Positions 8,942-18,896 of a stretch of 64,000 nt of DNA are shown here, in pieces. Source of the DNA: an uncultured Actinomycetes bacterium (lineage in GTDB: Bacteria > Actinomycetota > Thermoleophilia > UBA2241); contig CAVPVX010000002.1 in the NCBI GenBank assembly GCA_963709345.1, forward strand, positions 288,001 to 352,000, read 5' to 3'. Made by a program: the position numbers and the translations under genes. Each line of letters starts with the position of its first letter. Position 1 is the first letter of the stretch. The notes beneath the pieces are model-generated. The model did not search any database. It saw only the letters and a list, made by a program, of their open reading frames with translations, and was not told where the DNA came from.

Positions 8942-10030
8942 TCAGTGATCGCGCAGGAAGCTGGGGATGTCCAGGACGTCGTCGTCGACGTCGAATGACG
9001 GCTTGGGCTCCTCGTTGAAGAGCGGCGTGCCCTTGGGCTCCGGCGCGGCCGTCGCGCGCGGCGCCGGCTGCTCCCCGCCCAGCGGGCGGTCGAAGCCGGT
9101 GGCGATCACCGTCACACGGACCTCGTCGCCCAGCGACGGGTCGATGACGGCGCCGAAGATGATGTTGCAGTCGGCGTCGGCGGCGCTGTTGATGATCTCC
9201 GCGGACTCGTTGATCTCGAAGAGACCGAGGTCGCTCCCGCCGGTGATGTTGAGCAGGATGCCGCGGGCGCCCTCCACGCTGGCCTCGAGCAGCGGCGAGC
9301 TGATCGCCGCGCGCGCCGCCTCGACGGCGCGGTTCTCGCCGCCGGCGACGCCGATTCCCATGAGGGCGGAGCCGGCGTTCTTCATGATCGTGCGCACATC
9401 CGCGAAATCGAGGTTGATGAGGCCGGGCACCGTGATGAGGTCGGTGATGCCCTGCACGCCCTGGCGGAGCACGTCGTCGGCGACCTTGAACGCCTCGATG
9501 ACGGAGGTGCGCCGCTCCACGACCTGCAGCAACCGGTCGTTCGGGATGATGATCAGCGTGTCGACCTTCTCGCGCAGCTCGTCGATGCCCTCGGAGGCCA
9601 GGCGCGCCCGGCGCTTGCCCTCAAAGGCAAACGGGCGCGTCACGACGCCCACGGTGAGCGCCGCCAGTTCCTTGGCAAGCTCGGCGATGACGGGGGCGGC
9701 GCCGGTGCCGGTGCCGCCGCCCTTGCCGGCGGTCACGAAGACCATGTCGGCGCCCTTGAGCGCGTCGCGCAGCTCGTCCTTGCTCTCCATCGCCGCCTGA
9801 TACCCGATGGTCGGGTTGGCCCCGGCGCCGAGACCGCGCGTGATCTTGCTGCCGATGTGGATCTTGACGTCGGCGTCGCACATCTGCAGCGCCTGGGCAT
9901 CGGTGTTGACGGCGATGAACTCGACGCCGCGGAGCCCTGCGTCGACCATGCGGTTGACGGCGTTGGTGCCGCCGCCGCCCACACCGACGACCTTGATGAC
10001 GGCGAGGTAGTTCGCTGACGCGTCGATCAT
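8942..10030 (-). CDS. ftsZ: Cell division protein FtsZ
   Basis: [24 protein letters not shown] tubulin signature, C-terminal LDIPSFLR. Confidence 0.99.
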   Translation of the reverse strand: MIDASANYLAVIKVVGVGGGGTNAVNRMVDAGLRGVEFIAVNTDAQALQMCDADVKIHIGSKITRGLGAGANPTIGYQAAMESKDELRDALKGADMVFVTAGKGGGTGTGAAPVIAELAKELAALTVGVVTRPFAFEGKRRARLASEGIDELREKVDTLIIIPNDRLLQVVERRTSVIEAFKVADDVLRQGVQGITDLITVPGLINLDFADVRTIMKNAGSALMGIGVAGGENRAVEAARAAISSPLLEASVEGARGILLNITGGSDLGLFEINESAEIINSAADADCNIIFGAVIDPSLGDEVRVTVIATGFDRPLGGEQPAPRATAAPEPKGTPLFNEEPKPSFDVDDDVLDIPSFLRDH

Positions 10031-10080
10031 CGTGGTGACCCTCCTGTCGTGGTCGAGACTCGCCGTCGAGACCTCTGGCG

Positions 10081-10105
10081 AACCCTCAAGCCCCGCTTGA
10101 GTGTT
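10081..10105. promoter_or_regulatory. Palindromic operator upstream of ftsZ (FtsR/MerR-type site-like)
   Basis: AACCCTCAAG-CCCCG-CTTGAGTGTT, 10-bp arms with one mismatch. Resembles, from memory, the inverted repeat before actinobacterial ftsZ. Confidence 0.6.
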
Positions 10106-10206
10106 GCTCCCTGCTCGCGTTCCTCACGCGGAAAACAGGCCGATATGCAGCGATCCCTGACGATCTCCAACGGACGGGAAGACCTAATACCCCGACCGTT
10201 CACATA

Positions 10207-10235
10207 AACATACTGACGCCCCGGAAGGGTGTCAA
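10207..10235 (-). promoter_or_regulatory. ftsZ promoter
   Basis: Minus strand TTGACA-N17-TATGTT. Confidence 0.7.
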
Positions 10236-10300
10236 ACAGGGGCGTTGCGTATGCGTTCATCCCCACGGTCTCCAGTGATGGTCGAGGATGCCCTCGAGCA

Positions 10301-11194
10301 TCAGTCGAGGACCGGTCTGGCCAGGACTCTGTCGGGCGTCGAGACGTCTATGAAGGTGCACTGCTTGCCCTTCGACGCGTACTGCGCCAGCACCGCGCGC
10401 AGGGCGACGGCTTTGGCGACCGTCCTGCCGCCGTCGCCCCACAGCGCCCTGGGCCCGCCGGCGAAGCGCAAGGTGATCCTTCCGTCGGCGCTCTGGACGG
10501 CATCGAGACGGGAGCGGAGAGACCCGGGCAGCGCCGCGACGACGCGCAGCCTGTCTTCGAGCCCCGGATCGCTCGCGACCGTCCCGGGTCGCACGCGACC
10601 GGCGACCGGCGTGCGCGGCAGATCGAGTGCCGCGTCACGCGGCCCGCGGATCAGCGTCGCCTGCGGAGCGGATGAGCTCGTCGCCGCGCCGGCAGAGGCC
10701 TCGTCCGAGGCGACGCTCGCAGCCGGTGACGGCGTCGCCGATGCCTGTGCGGCAGGCGTCGCCCCTCCGGCCTTGCCGGCCGTGACGCCCGTCTCGCAGA
10801 TCACGTGTCCCTTTCCGTCGATCACGTACCAGCGCTTCCCGGACAGCGCGTAGACGGCCGGGTCGTACTCGGTCACTGCGACCTTCAGGGTGCCGGGGAA
10901 GTCGCGGTCGACAGTGACGCCGGCCACGTAGCAGAGAGACGACAGCGTCTCGCGAACGTCGCCCGCCGTCACCGTGAACAGGTTGTGGCCCCGGAATTCC
11001 CGGCGCAGCAGGCGCGCGACGCGCTTCTCCGGGACGAGCTTCGTGCCGCTCACCGTGATGCGCACGATGTCGAACGAGGAGGAGCTGCGCCCGAGGGCGT
11101 ACACGACCGTGGGCAGCGCGAAGATCGCGACCGTGAGAAGCACGGTCGGCAACAGACGTAGTCGCGGGCGGCGAGACCCGCCTGCCTTGGGCAT
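10301..11194 (-). CDS. ftsQ: Cell division protein FtsQ/DivIB (POTRA domain)
   Basis: N-terminal TM helix, POTRA-like ITVSGT...VDRDFPGTLKVAVTE, C-terminal IDVSTP. Lies between murC and ftsZ. Confidence 0.85.
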   Translation of the reverse strand: MPKAGGSRRPRLRLLPTVLLTVAIFALPTVVYALGRSSSSFDIVRITVSGTKLVPEKRVARLLRREFRGHNLFTVTAGDVRETLSSLCYVAGVTVDRDFPGTLKVAVTEYDPAVYALSGKRWYVIDGKGHVICETGVTAGKAGGATPAAQASATPSPAASVASDEASAGAATSSSAPQATLIRGPRDAALDLPRTPVAGRVRPGTVASDPGLEDRLRVVAALPGSLRSRLDAVQSADGRITLRFAGGPRALWGDGGRTVAKAVALRAVLAQYASKGKQCTFIDVSTPDRVLARPVLD

Positions 11195-11229
11195 GGCGCC
11201 GGACCTTGGTCGGGGGAACCTACCCTCGA

Positions 11230-12645
11230 CTATTCGGCGCCGGCAGGTGGTTCCCCTTGCGCGGCGAGCGCGGCCAGCAGGTTCTCGCCGGCCCGAAAGA
11301 CGTCGCCGGCGCCGAGCGTGAGGACGAGGTCGCCGCCGCGCACGCGAGGGGCGAGACTGGCGACGACGTCGCCGAGCCGCGGAAGGTACGAGACCGGCCC
11401 GCCGGGGCGCTCGGCAAGGTACGCATCGACGACGAGCTTGCCGGTGATACCCGGCTCAGGCTCTTCTCGAGCGGGGAAGATGTCGGTGACGATCGCCTCG
11501 TCGGCCAGGGTGAGAGCGCGCCCGAACTCGCGCTGCAGATAGCGCGTGCGCGAGAACAGGTGCGGCTGGAACACGGCGATGACGCGCCGGTGCCGGCCTT
11601 GCTTCGCGGCGGTGAGGGTCGCGGTGATCTCCGTCGGGTGATGCGCGTAGTCGTCCACCACAAGCACGCCGTCATGCTCGCCCACGCGCTGGAAGCGGCG
11701 CGCGGCGCCGCTGAACGTCAGCAGATGCGGCGCCGCGTCCCTCGGCGCGACTCCCGCATGACGCAGAACCGCCAGCGCCGTGAGAGCGTTCAGGACGTTG
11801 TGTGCGCCGGGCAGGCGAAGCTCGACGACGGCGAGCGTCTTCCCGTCGCCGTCCAGCACCGCGAACTCGCTGCCGCTGTCGTCCACGCGGCGCACGTCGG
11901 CGCGCAGGTCGCCCTCCTCGATGCCGACGACAACGACCCGGGCCGGCGTGTGCGCCGCGAGTTCCTCGCCCCCACTGCCGGCGACGAGGACCAGGAGGCC
12001 GTCGGCCGGCAGCAGCGCCGCGAAGCGGCGGAAGACATCGCGGACGTCGTCGACGCAGCCGTAGTTGGCGTGATGGTCCAGTTCGACGTTGGCGACGATC
12101 GCGACCTCGGGCCGCAGGTACAGCAGGCTGCCGTCGCTCTCGTCGGCCTCGGCCACCAGCCACTCGCCCTGGCCCATCCCGGCGTTCGAGCCGACGTCGT
12201 TGAGCTCTCCGCCCACGAGAAAGGTCGGGTCGAGCCCGCACTGGCGCATGACGTGCGAGATCATCGACGAGGTCGTGGTCTTGCCGTGCGTCCCGGCCAC
12301 CGCGATCCCGCGCCGCATCGCCATGACGCGCGCGAGCATCTCGGCGCGGCGCAGTACGGGAAGGCCGGCGCTGCGCGCCGCGCGCAGCTCGGGGTTACCC
12401 TCCGGGATCGCCGACGAGATGACCACCAGCGCCGCGTCGCCCAGGTTGGCGGCAGTGTGGCCGATGGAGACCGGCACGCCGGCGTCTTCGAGGTGTCGCG
12501 TGTACCGCGACGTCTTGAGGTCGGAACCGCGGACGTCGACGCCGAGCGCCGCGAGCACCATGGCGATGCCGCTCATTCCGGCGCCCCCGATGCCGATGAA
12601 GTGGACCGGCTGGGGGAAGTCCCTCGCGGGTTCGTTGCTCATCAC
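11230..12645 (-). CDS. murC: UDP-N-acetylmuramate--L-alanine ligase
   Basis: HFIGIGGAGMS, GTHGKTTT, EADESDGS, DDYAHHPTEI, FQPHLFSRT. Confidence 0.98.
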   Translation of the reverse strand: MMSNEPARDFPQPVHFIGIGGAGMSGIAMVLAALGVDVRGSDLKTSRYTRHLEDAGVPVSIGHTAANLGDAALVVISSAIPEGNPELRAARSAGLPVLRRAEMLARVMAMRRGIAVAGTHGKTTTSSMISHVMRQCGLDPTFLVGGELNDVGSNAGMGQGEWLVAEADESDGSLLYLRPEVAIVANVELDHHANYGCVDDVRDVFRRFAALLPADGLLVLVAGSGGEELAAHTPARVVVVGIEEGDLRADVRRVDDSGSEFAVLDGDGKTLAVVELRLPGAHNVLNALTALAVLRHAGVAPRDAAPHLLTFSGAARRFQRVGEHDGVLVVDDYAHHPTEITATLTAAKQGRHRRVIAVFQPHLFSRTRYLQREFGRALTLADEAIVTDIFPAREEPEPGITGKLVVDAYLAERPGGPVSYLPRLGDVVASLAPRVRGGDLVLTLGAGDVFRAGENLLAALAAQGEPPAGAE

Positions 12646-12649
12646 GTCC

Positions 12650-13744
12650 TCATCTCTTCAGGATGCTCTCGATCTCGTCGGCGACGCGCCGGGCCGCGTC
12701 AGGCCTGCCCAGCGCGGCGCTGGCGGCCGCCATGCCGCGCAGCCGGTCCGGATCGCCGAGCAAGTCGCCGACGAGCCCGCGGAGCAGATCGCCGCTGAGC
12801 TCGTCGTCGTTCACCAGGAGCGCGCCCCCGGCCTCGACCATCTCCCGCGCGTTCTTGCGCTGGTGATCGGCGGTCGCGTAGGGATACGGCACCAGGATCG
12901 CCGGCCGCCCGAGGGCGGCGAGCTCGGCGACGGAGCCGCCCGAGCGCGCGACCACCAGATCGGCCGCGGCCATGGCCGCGGCCAGGCGGTCAGTGTAGGG
13001 CACCAGGCGGTAGCGCTCAAACCGCTCGCCGAGAGCGTCGAGCTCGCTGCGCACGTCGTCGGCGTTCTTCGGCCCGCAGACGTGGACGAGCTGGAACTCC
13101 ATCTCCTTGCCACCGAAAGCGTCGACGCAGGCGCGGTTGATGCTCCGCGCGCCCTGGCTGCCGCCGAACGCCAGGACGACCGGCAGGCCGGAGTCCAGAC
13201 CGAAGGCGGAGCGCCCCTCGCCCGCAGTGACGTCGAGCTGGCCGGGCCCCAGTGGCCGCCCGGTCACGACGTACCGCGGGGGCTCGAGACCGGCGATCGG
13301 GAAGCTCAGGCAGAAGCGCTTGACGAACGGCCGCAGAAGACGGTTGGCGACGCCGAGGTGGGCGTCGGCCTCGAGCGCCAGCCCGGGCACACCGTGGGTG
13401 GCGGCCAGCGCGACGACCGGGCCGCTGGCGAATCCGCCGCCGCCGACGGCGACGTCGGGACGCACCTCCTTCAGGATCCGGCGGACCCGCGGCACGGCGG
13501 CCGCCAGCAGGCTGAAGGTGCGCGCGTACGCGCGCGCATCGAGACGCCGCTCGAACCCCTTGAGCTCGAGCGCGTAGGTGGTGTACCGGTCTCCGACGCG
13601 CTCGACCTGCGACGGGGTCGTGACGAGAACGACGTGAGCGCCGCGCGCCTCTGCCTCAGCCGCGACGGCGAGCGCCGGCTGAAGGTGCCCCCCGGTCCCC
13701 CCCGCGGCCAGCAGAACGGTCGCGCCGCTCAGCGCTGACGGCAA
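12650..13744 (-). CDS. murG: Lipid II GlcNAc transferase MurG
   Basis: AGGTGGH, GGGFASGP, GGSQGA, ARSGG, DHQRKNA. TTG start after RBS GGAG. Confidence 0.95.
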   Translation of the reverse strand: MPSALSGATVLLAAGGTGGHLQPALAVAAEAEARGAHVVLVTTPSQVERVGDRYTTYALELKGFERRLDARAYARTFSLLAAAVPRVRRILKEVRPDVAVGGGGFASGPVVALAATHGVPGLALEADAHLGVANRLLRPFVKRFCLSFPIAGLEPPRYVVTGRPLGPGQLDVTAGEGRSAFGLDSGLPVVLAFGGSQGARSINRACVDAFGGKEMEFQLVHVCGPKNADDVRSELDALGERFERYRLVPYTDRLAAAMAAADLVVARSGGSVAELAALGRPAILVPYPYATADHQRKNAREMVEAGGALLVNDDELSGDLLRGLVGDLLGDPDRLRGMAAASAALGRPDAARRVADEIESILKR

Positions 13745-15103
13745 TGTGACTCCTTCGGTTGGTGGCGATGTTGAGCAGGATACCCAGCCCGGCGAGCACG
13801 ACCAGCATGCTGGTGCCGCCGCACGAGACGAGCGGAAGAGGCACACCCGTGAGCGGCAGCAGCCCCAGCGCGGCGCCGACGTTGATGCAGGCCTGGCCGA
13901 TGATGATGGCGGTGATCCCGGTAGCCAGCAGCTTGCCGAACGTCTCCTTGCACATCAGCGCGATGCGGAAGCACATCCATGCGAGCGCCACGTACAGGGC
14001 AAGCAGGACGAGCAGGCCGACCAGGCCGAGCTCTTCCCCGATGATACCCGTGATCATGTCGGTGGTCTGCTCCGGCAGAAAGCCGAACTTCTGCACCGAG
14101 TTGCCGAGCCCGACGCCGAAGACCCGGCCGGAAGCGATCGAGATGAGCGACTGCGTCGCCTGGAAGCCGCTTCCCTGCGGGTCCTTCCAGGGGTCGAAGA
14201 ACGTCACCAAGCGGTCGAGACGGTACGGCTCCACGGCGATGAGCGTAAGCACGGCAAGGATGCCGGCTACGGCCAAGCCGAACAGGTAGCGGATGGGGGC
14301 GCCGGCCGCGACGAGCACCGCGACGACGCCGCTTGTCAGTACGAGCGTCGTGCCCAGATCCGGCTCCAGCATGATGAGGGTGGCCGCCGGCAGGATCCCG
14401 ACCGCGATCAAGAACAGGAACCCCTTCACCGTCCGCACCTGCCGGGTCGCCGCACGATGAGTGTCGCAACGAGCATCACCGCGGCGAGCTTGGCGAACTC
14501 ACTGGGCTGCACGCCCTGCCCGCCGACCATCAGCCACCGCCGCGCCCCGTTGATGCTCGTGCCGATGCCGGGGATGAGGACGGCGACGAGTGCGGCCAGC
14601 ACCAGGCCGGCGAAGACCGGCGCCGCGCGCCGGTACCAGGCGTAGTCGACGCGAGAGAGGAACCACATGGCGCCCACGCCGATCCCGGCCCAGGCGATCT
14701 GCCGTCCGAAGAAGTAGAAGCTGCTGCCGTACTGGAAGTACGCCTGGGCCGCCGACGCGCTGTAGGCCATGACGAGGCCGTAGGCGACGAGCAGGAAGGT
14801 GACGAGCATCAGGGCGCGCCGCTCGGGGACGCCGGGGGCGAGCATGGCCGGAGACGACCGGCGCGCCGTACGCTTCGGCGCCGGCGCGCGGCGGTCACGG
14901 GCGACCCCGCCGCCGCCGGGAGCGCCGCGTCCCGATGCGCGCCGGTCCGCCGAGCGCCGCCGTCCCGGCGCCGCCGCGGCGGTACTCCTGCGGCGGTCCG
15001 AGGAGCGTCGCTCGCGCCCGGAGTCACGGTGCGGCGTGCCCTCCTCGGCCCAGTCGAGGTGATCCAGTCCGACGTGCTCGACGCCCCTGTCCGACGACCT
15101 CAC
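13656..15103 (-). CDS. ftsW: FtsW (SEDS family), split by a one-base frameshift near 14440
   Basis: N-half has NGARRW and QPSEFAK (14426..15103). C-half has EPDLGT, GFQATQS, TDMITGIIGEELG and GVPLPLVS (13656..14438). Confidence 0.92.
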
Positions 15104-15109
15104 AGGTCC

Positions 15110-16531
15110 CTAGCTCCTCGCTCGCAACTCGCTCACCAGCTTGAGGAACTCTTCGCCCCGCTCCTCGTAGTCCCTGTACTGGTCCCAGCTGGCGCACGCG
15201 GGGCTGAGCAGGACGACATCGCCGGGCGAAGCGGAAGAGGCGGCGACGGCGACGGCCGTCTCCAGATCGCCGCAGCGCACGTACGCGGTGGCGCGCGACC
15301 CGGCCGCGGCCGCCCGGGCGGCGAACGCCGCCTCGAGCCGCGGGGCCGTCGCGCCGACGAGCAGCACCTGCCGAACCCGGCCTTCGGTGGCCGCGGCGAG
15401 CTTGTCGTACTCGGCGCCCTTGTCGTAGCCGCCGAGGATGAGATGCACGCCACCGGAGTAGGCGGTGAGCGCCTTCAGCGTGGCGTCGACGTTGGTCGCT
15501 TTGGAATCGTTCACGTACGTGACGCCGCCGACGACGCCGCCGACCTGCAGCCGGTGCCGCACGCCCTCGAAGCCGCGGAGGGTCGCCGCCGCCGCGCTCA
15601 CGGAGGCGCCGGCGGCGCACGCCGCCGCCGCCGCGGCGAGCGAGTTCAGCAGATTGTGGTCGCCGCGCAGCGCCAGCTGGTCGCGGCGGCAGAGCCGCCG
15701 GCGTTCGCCGCGCACGAGCAGCCAGAGCACGTCGTCCTCACCGACCCCCGCGACCAGCGGATCTCCCCGGGGACCCTCCAGGCGTCCCGGCACGGCGGAG
15801 AACCAGCCGCGCGAAGCGCGGCCCGTCAGCCGCCCGCCCGCGGACTCCTCGAGCACGCCGTCGTCGTCGGCGCAGAGCAGCGCCGTGTCGGCGGCTCGCT
15901 GGGACTCGAAGATCCGCAGCTTCGCGTCCACGTAGCGACGGTAGGTGACGTGGCGGTCCAGATGGTCTTCGGTCAGATTCAGCATGACCGCGACGTCCGG
16001 GCGGAACCGATCGACGTGCTCGAGCTGGAAGCTCGAGAGCTCGGCGACCACCGTGGCATCCGCGGCGATCACGCCGGGCATCGCCGCCAGGGCGTGCCCG
16101 ATGTTGCCGCCCACCGCCACGGGCAGCCCGGCGTCGCGGAAGATCGCTCCCGTCAGCTCGGTGGTGGTCGTCTTGCCGTTGGTGCCGGTGATGCCGACGA
16201 TGGTGTTGGTCAGGAAGCGGCTCGCGAGTTCCACCTCGCTCCACAGGGATACGCCGCGACGGAGCGCCTCTCGCACGATGCGGCTCTCGTTCGGGACCCC
16301 GGGGCTCTTGACGAGCAGGTCGGCCTCCACCGGCAGCTCTGCCGTCGCTCCGGTGTCCACTTCAACGCCGGCGGCGCGCAGGACGGCGACGGTGTCGTCC
16401 TCCGGCGGCGCGCCTTCGTCGAGCCCGACGACCCGCGCCGCCGGCAGCTCACGCCGGGCGAGGAGCGCCGCCGGGCGGCCGCTCCGGCGCAGGCCCAGGA
16501 CGGCGAGACAGCGTACGTCCTCGAGTTCCAT
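15110..16531 (-). CDS. murD: UDP-MurNAc-L-Ala--D-glutamate ligase
   Basis: KSPGVP, TGTNGKTTT, ELSSFQL, DHLDRH, NDSKATN, LSPACASWDQY. Confidence 0.97.
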   Translation of the reverse strand: MELEDVRCLAVLGLRRSGRPAALLARRELPAARVVGLDEGAPPEDDTVAVLRAAGVEVDTGATAELPVEADLLVKSPGVPNESRIVREALRRGVSLWSEVELASRFLTNTIVGITGTNGKTTTTELTGAIFRDAGLPVAVGGNIGHALAAMPGVIAADATVVAELSSFQLEHVDRFRPDVAVMLNLTEDHLDRHVTYRRYVDAKLRIFESQRAADTALLCADDDGVLEESAGGRLTGRASRGWFSAVPGRLEGPRGDPLVAGVGEDDVLWLLVRGERRRLCRRDQLALRGDHNLLNSLAAAAAACAAGASVSAAAATLRGFEGVRHRLQVGGVVGGVTYVNDSKATNVDATLKALTAYSGGVHLILGGYDKGAEYDKLAAATEGRVRQVLLVGATAPRLEAAFAARAAAAGSRATAYVRCGDLETAVAVAASSASPGDVVLLSPACASWDQYRDYEERGEEFLKLVSELRARS

Positions 16532-16542
16532 CCTCCCCGCCC

Positions 16543-17529
16543 TCAGAAGGTCGCGTAGTACGCCGCGAAGCCCGCCCCCGCGAAGATGGCGGCGACGATC
16601 CAGAAGCGCACGATGATCTTCGTCTCGGACCAGGCCTTCAGCTCGAAGTGATGGTGCAGAGGCGCCATGAGCAGGACGCGCCGGTGGAAGAGCTTGAACG
16701 AGATGACCTGCGCCGCGACCGAGCCCGCCTCGATGACGAACAGGCCGCCGATGATGAGCAGCGCCAGTTCGGTCCGCGTCATGACGGCCATGCCGGCGAT
16801 GGCGCCCCCGAGACCCAGCGACCCGGTGTCGCCCATGAAGACGTCGGCCGGAAACGTGTTGTACCAGAGGAACCCGAGCGAGGCTCCACCGACGCATCCG
16901 GCGACGACCATCAGGTCGGTGATGCCCGGGTCGCTGGTGTTGCGGCCGATGATGAAGGCGATGCCGGCGAGCGCGACGAGCACGATCGCGGACGCGCCGG
17001 CGGCCAGCCCGTCGAGCCCATCGGTGAGGTTCACGGCGTTCGAGAATCCCGCGAGAGTCAGGAAGATGAGCGCGTAGAAGCCGATCGTGCCCAATTCGAG
17101 CTTGAACGAGCTGAACGGGACGTCGACACGCGTGTCGAGGCCGACGAAGTGCAGGGCGACGAACCCGACGAACAGCGACAGGAGCAACTGCAGGAGAAGC
17201 TTGTAGCGCGCCGACAGACCCAGGGAGCGCTTGCGCACGATCTTGATCCAGTCGTCGGCAAACCCGATCGCGGCGTTGCCCAGAGCCGCGATGAGCACGG
17301 TGAGGGACGCCACCGAGAAGCGGCTGAAGACGAGGTACGGGATGAGCACCGCGAACCAGATGAGCGCGCCGCCCATCGTCGGCGTGCCCTCCTTCGTCTT
17401 GTGCCCTTCCGGCCCCTCCTCGCGGATGTTCTGCCCGAACTCGTTCACGCGCAGCCAGCGGATGAAGGCCGGACCGATGACGAGCACCAGCACCATGGCC
17501 AGCACGCTGGCCCCCATGGCTCTAAGCAC
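16543..17529 (-). CDS. mraY: Phospho-MurNAc-pentapeptide transferase
   Basis: GTPTMGG, GFADD, NAVNLTDGLDGL, FMGDTGS, APLHHHFE. Confidence 0.98.
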   Translation of the reverse strand: MLRAMGASVLAMVLVLVIGPAFIRWLRVNEFGQNIREEGPEGHKTKEGTPTMGGALIWFAVLIPYLVFSRFSVASLTVLIAALGNAAIGFADDWIKIVRKRSLGLSARYKLLLQLLLSLFVGFVALHFVGLDTRVDVPFSSFKLELGTIGFYALIFLTLAGFSNAVNLTDGLDGLAAGASAIVLVALAGIAFIIGRNTSDPGITDLMVVAGCVGGASLGFLWYNTFPADVFMGDTGSLGLGGAIAGMAVMTRTELALLIIGGLFVIEAGSVAAQVISFKLFHRRVLLMAPLHHHFELKAWSETKIIVRFWIVAAIFAGAGFAAYYATF

Positions 17530-18892
17530 GGTCTCCCCCTTCGCTCTCGAGCAGCGCGTCGGCGACGCGCTCCATCCGCATCAGCCGTGAGGCCTTGACC
17601 AGCACGGCGCTACCCCGTGGGACAACCTCCTCGAGCGCCGCCACGCACTCGTCCACCGACGCGAACCAACGCTCTCCGGCCGCGCCGGTGAGATAGTCGC
17701 GGCCGAGCTCGCCGACTGCCACGAGGCGCACCCCGGCGGCCGCGCAGTGTTCGCCGACGGCGCGGTGGTAGGCGCTCGCCCCGGCGCCGAGCTCGTACAT
17801 GTCGCCGAGCACCGCGACCGGAAGCCGGCCCCCGGCGATGCTCACCAGGTGGTCGATGGCGGCCAGCATCGCCACAGGGTTGGCGTTGTACGCGTCGTTG
17901 AGGACGAGACCGCCGCCGGGAAGCTCGGCCACGGAGCCGCGAAGGTCGCTGAAGGCGACCCGGCCGGCGCCCGCTCTGGCCTCGTCGAGCCGGAACCCCA
18001 GCTCCAGAAAGGCGGCGAGGGCCGCCAGGGCGTCACGGAGGTAGTGAGCCCCGGTGAAGCTGAAGTCGAAGGCGCCGCGGCGCCCGAATGCGTCGATGAG
18101 CGCGTGCGTCCCCTCTCCGCGCCGCTCCTCCGCCACGACGTGGACGTCGGCCTCCGGCGCGCCGAAGGTGACGACGCGGCCGCGATGCCGCCGCACATGG
18201 CGACTCAGCAGCGGCTCGTCCGCCGGCACGACGACCGTCCCCCTGTCCAGCTCCTCGACGAGCTCGGCCTTCGCCGCCGCGACGTCCTCGATCGTGCCGA
18301 CAAGCTCCAGGTGGACCGGGGCGACGTTGGTGATGACGCCGACATCGGGCAGCGCGATACGTGCGAGCTCGCGGATCTGGCCGGCGCCCCGCATCGCCAT
18401 CTCGACAACGGCGACCTCCGTCTCCGGCTCGATGGCAAGGAGCGTGAGGGGGACCCCGATCTCATTGTTCAGATTGGCGTCGGTCGCGACCACGCGAGCC
18501 ACCGGGCGCAGCAGAGCCGCCAGGATGTCCTTGGTGGACGTCTTGCCGGCGCTGCCGGTGATCGCGACGACCTTGACGCCGGAGCGCCGGCGGACGGCCG
18601 TGGCGAGACGCTGCAGCGCCGTGAGGCCGTCGCCGACGACGATGCGCGATACCGAGGCGCCCAGACCGACGGCGGTCTCGTCGCGCACGACGACGGCGCC
18701 GGCGCCGGCCGCAGCGGCCGCGGCGGCGTAGTCGTCGCCGTCAAACGTATCTCCACGCAGGCCGATGAACAGGTCGCCGGGCGACAGCGTGCGCGTGTCT
18801 GTGCACACGCGCGTGACCACGGCGTCCGGATCAGCCGCCTCGAGGCGGCCGCCGCAGACGGCCGCCACCTCGCTCAGTGGCAGCGGGATCAT
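17522..18892 (-). CDS. murF: UDP-MurNAc-tripeptide--D-Ala-D-Ala ligase
   Basis: DTR, TGSAGKTSTK, NNEIGVP, NDAYNANP, GDMYELG, VKASR. Confidence 0.97.
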   Translation of the reverse strand: MIPLPLSEVAAVCGGRLEAADPDAVVTRVCTDTRTLSPGDLFIGLRGDTFDGDDYAAAAAAAGAGAVVVRDETAVGLGASVSRIVVGDGLTALQRLATAVRRRSGVKVVAITGSAGKTSTKDILAALLRPVARVVATDANLNNEIGVPLTLLAIEPETEVAVVEMAMRGAGQIRELARIALPDVGVITNVAPVHLELVGTIEDVAAAKAELVEELDRGTVVVPADEPLLSRHVRRHRGRVVTFGAPEADVHVVAEERRGEGTHALIDAFGRRGAFDFSFTGAHYLRDALAALAAFLELGFRLDEARAGAGRVAFSDLRGSVAELPGGGLVLNDAYNANPVAMLAAIDHLVSIAGGRLPVAVLGDMYELGAGASAYHRAVGEHCAAAGVRLVAVGELGRDYLTGAAGERWFASVDECVAALEEVVPRGSAVLVKASRLMRMERVADALLESEGGDRA

Positions 18893-18896
18893 GCCG

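Noticed and set aside
10081-10105. HspR HAIR operator
   Set aside because: The half-sites are in the opposite order and spacing to CTTGAGT-N7-ACTCAAG.
10030-10300. Missing ftsA between ftsQ and ftsZ
   Set aside because: This is normal for Actinomycetota.
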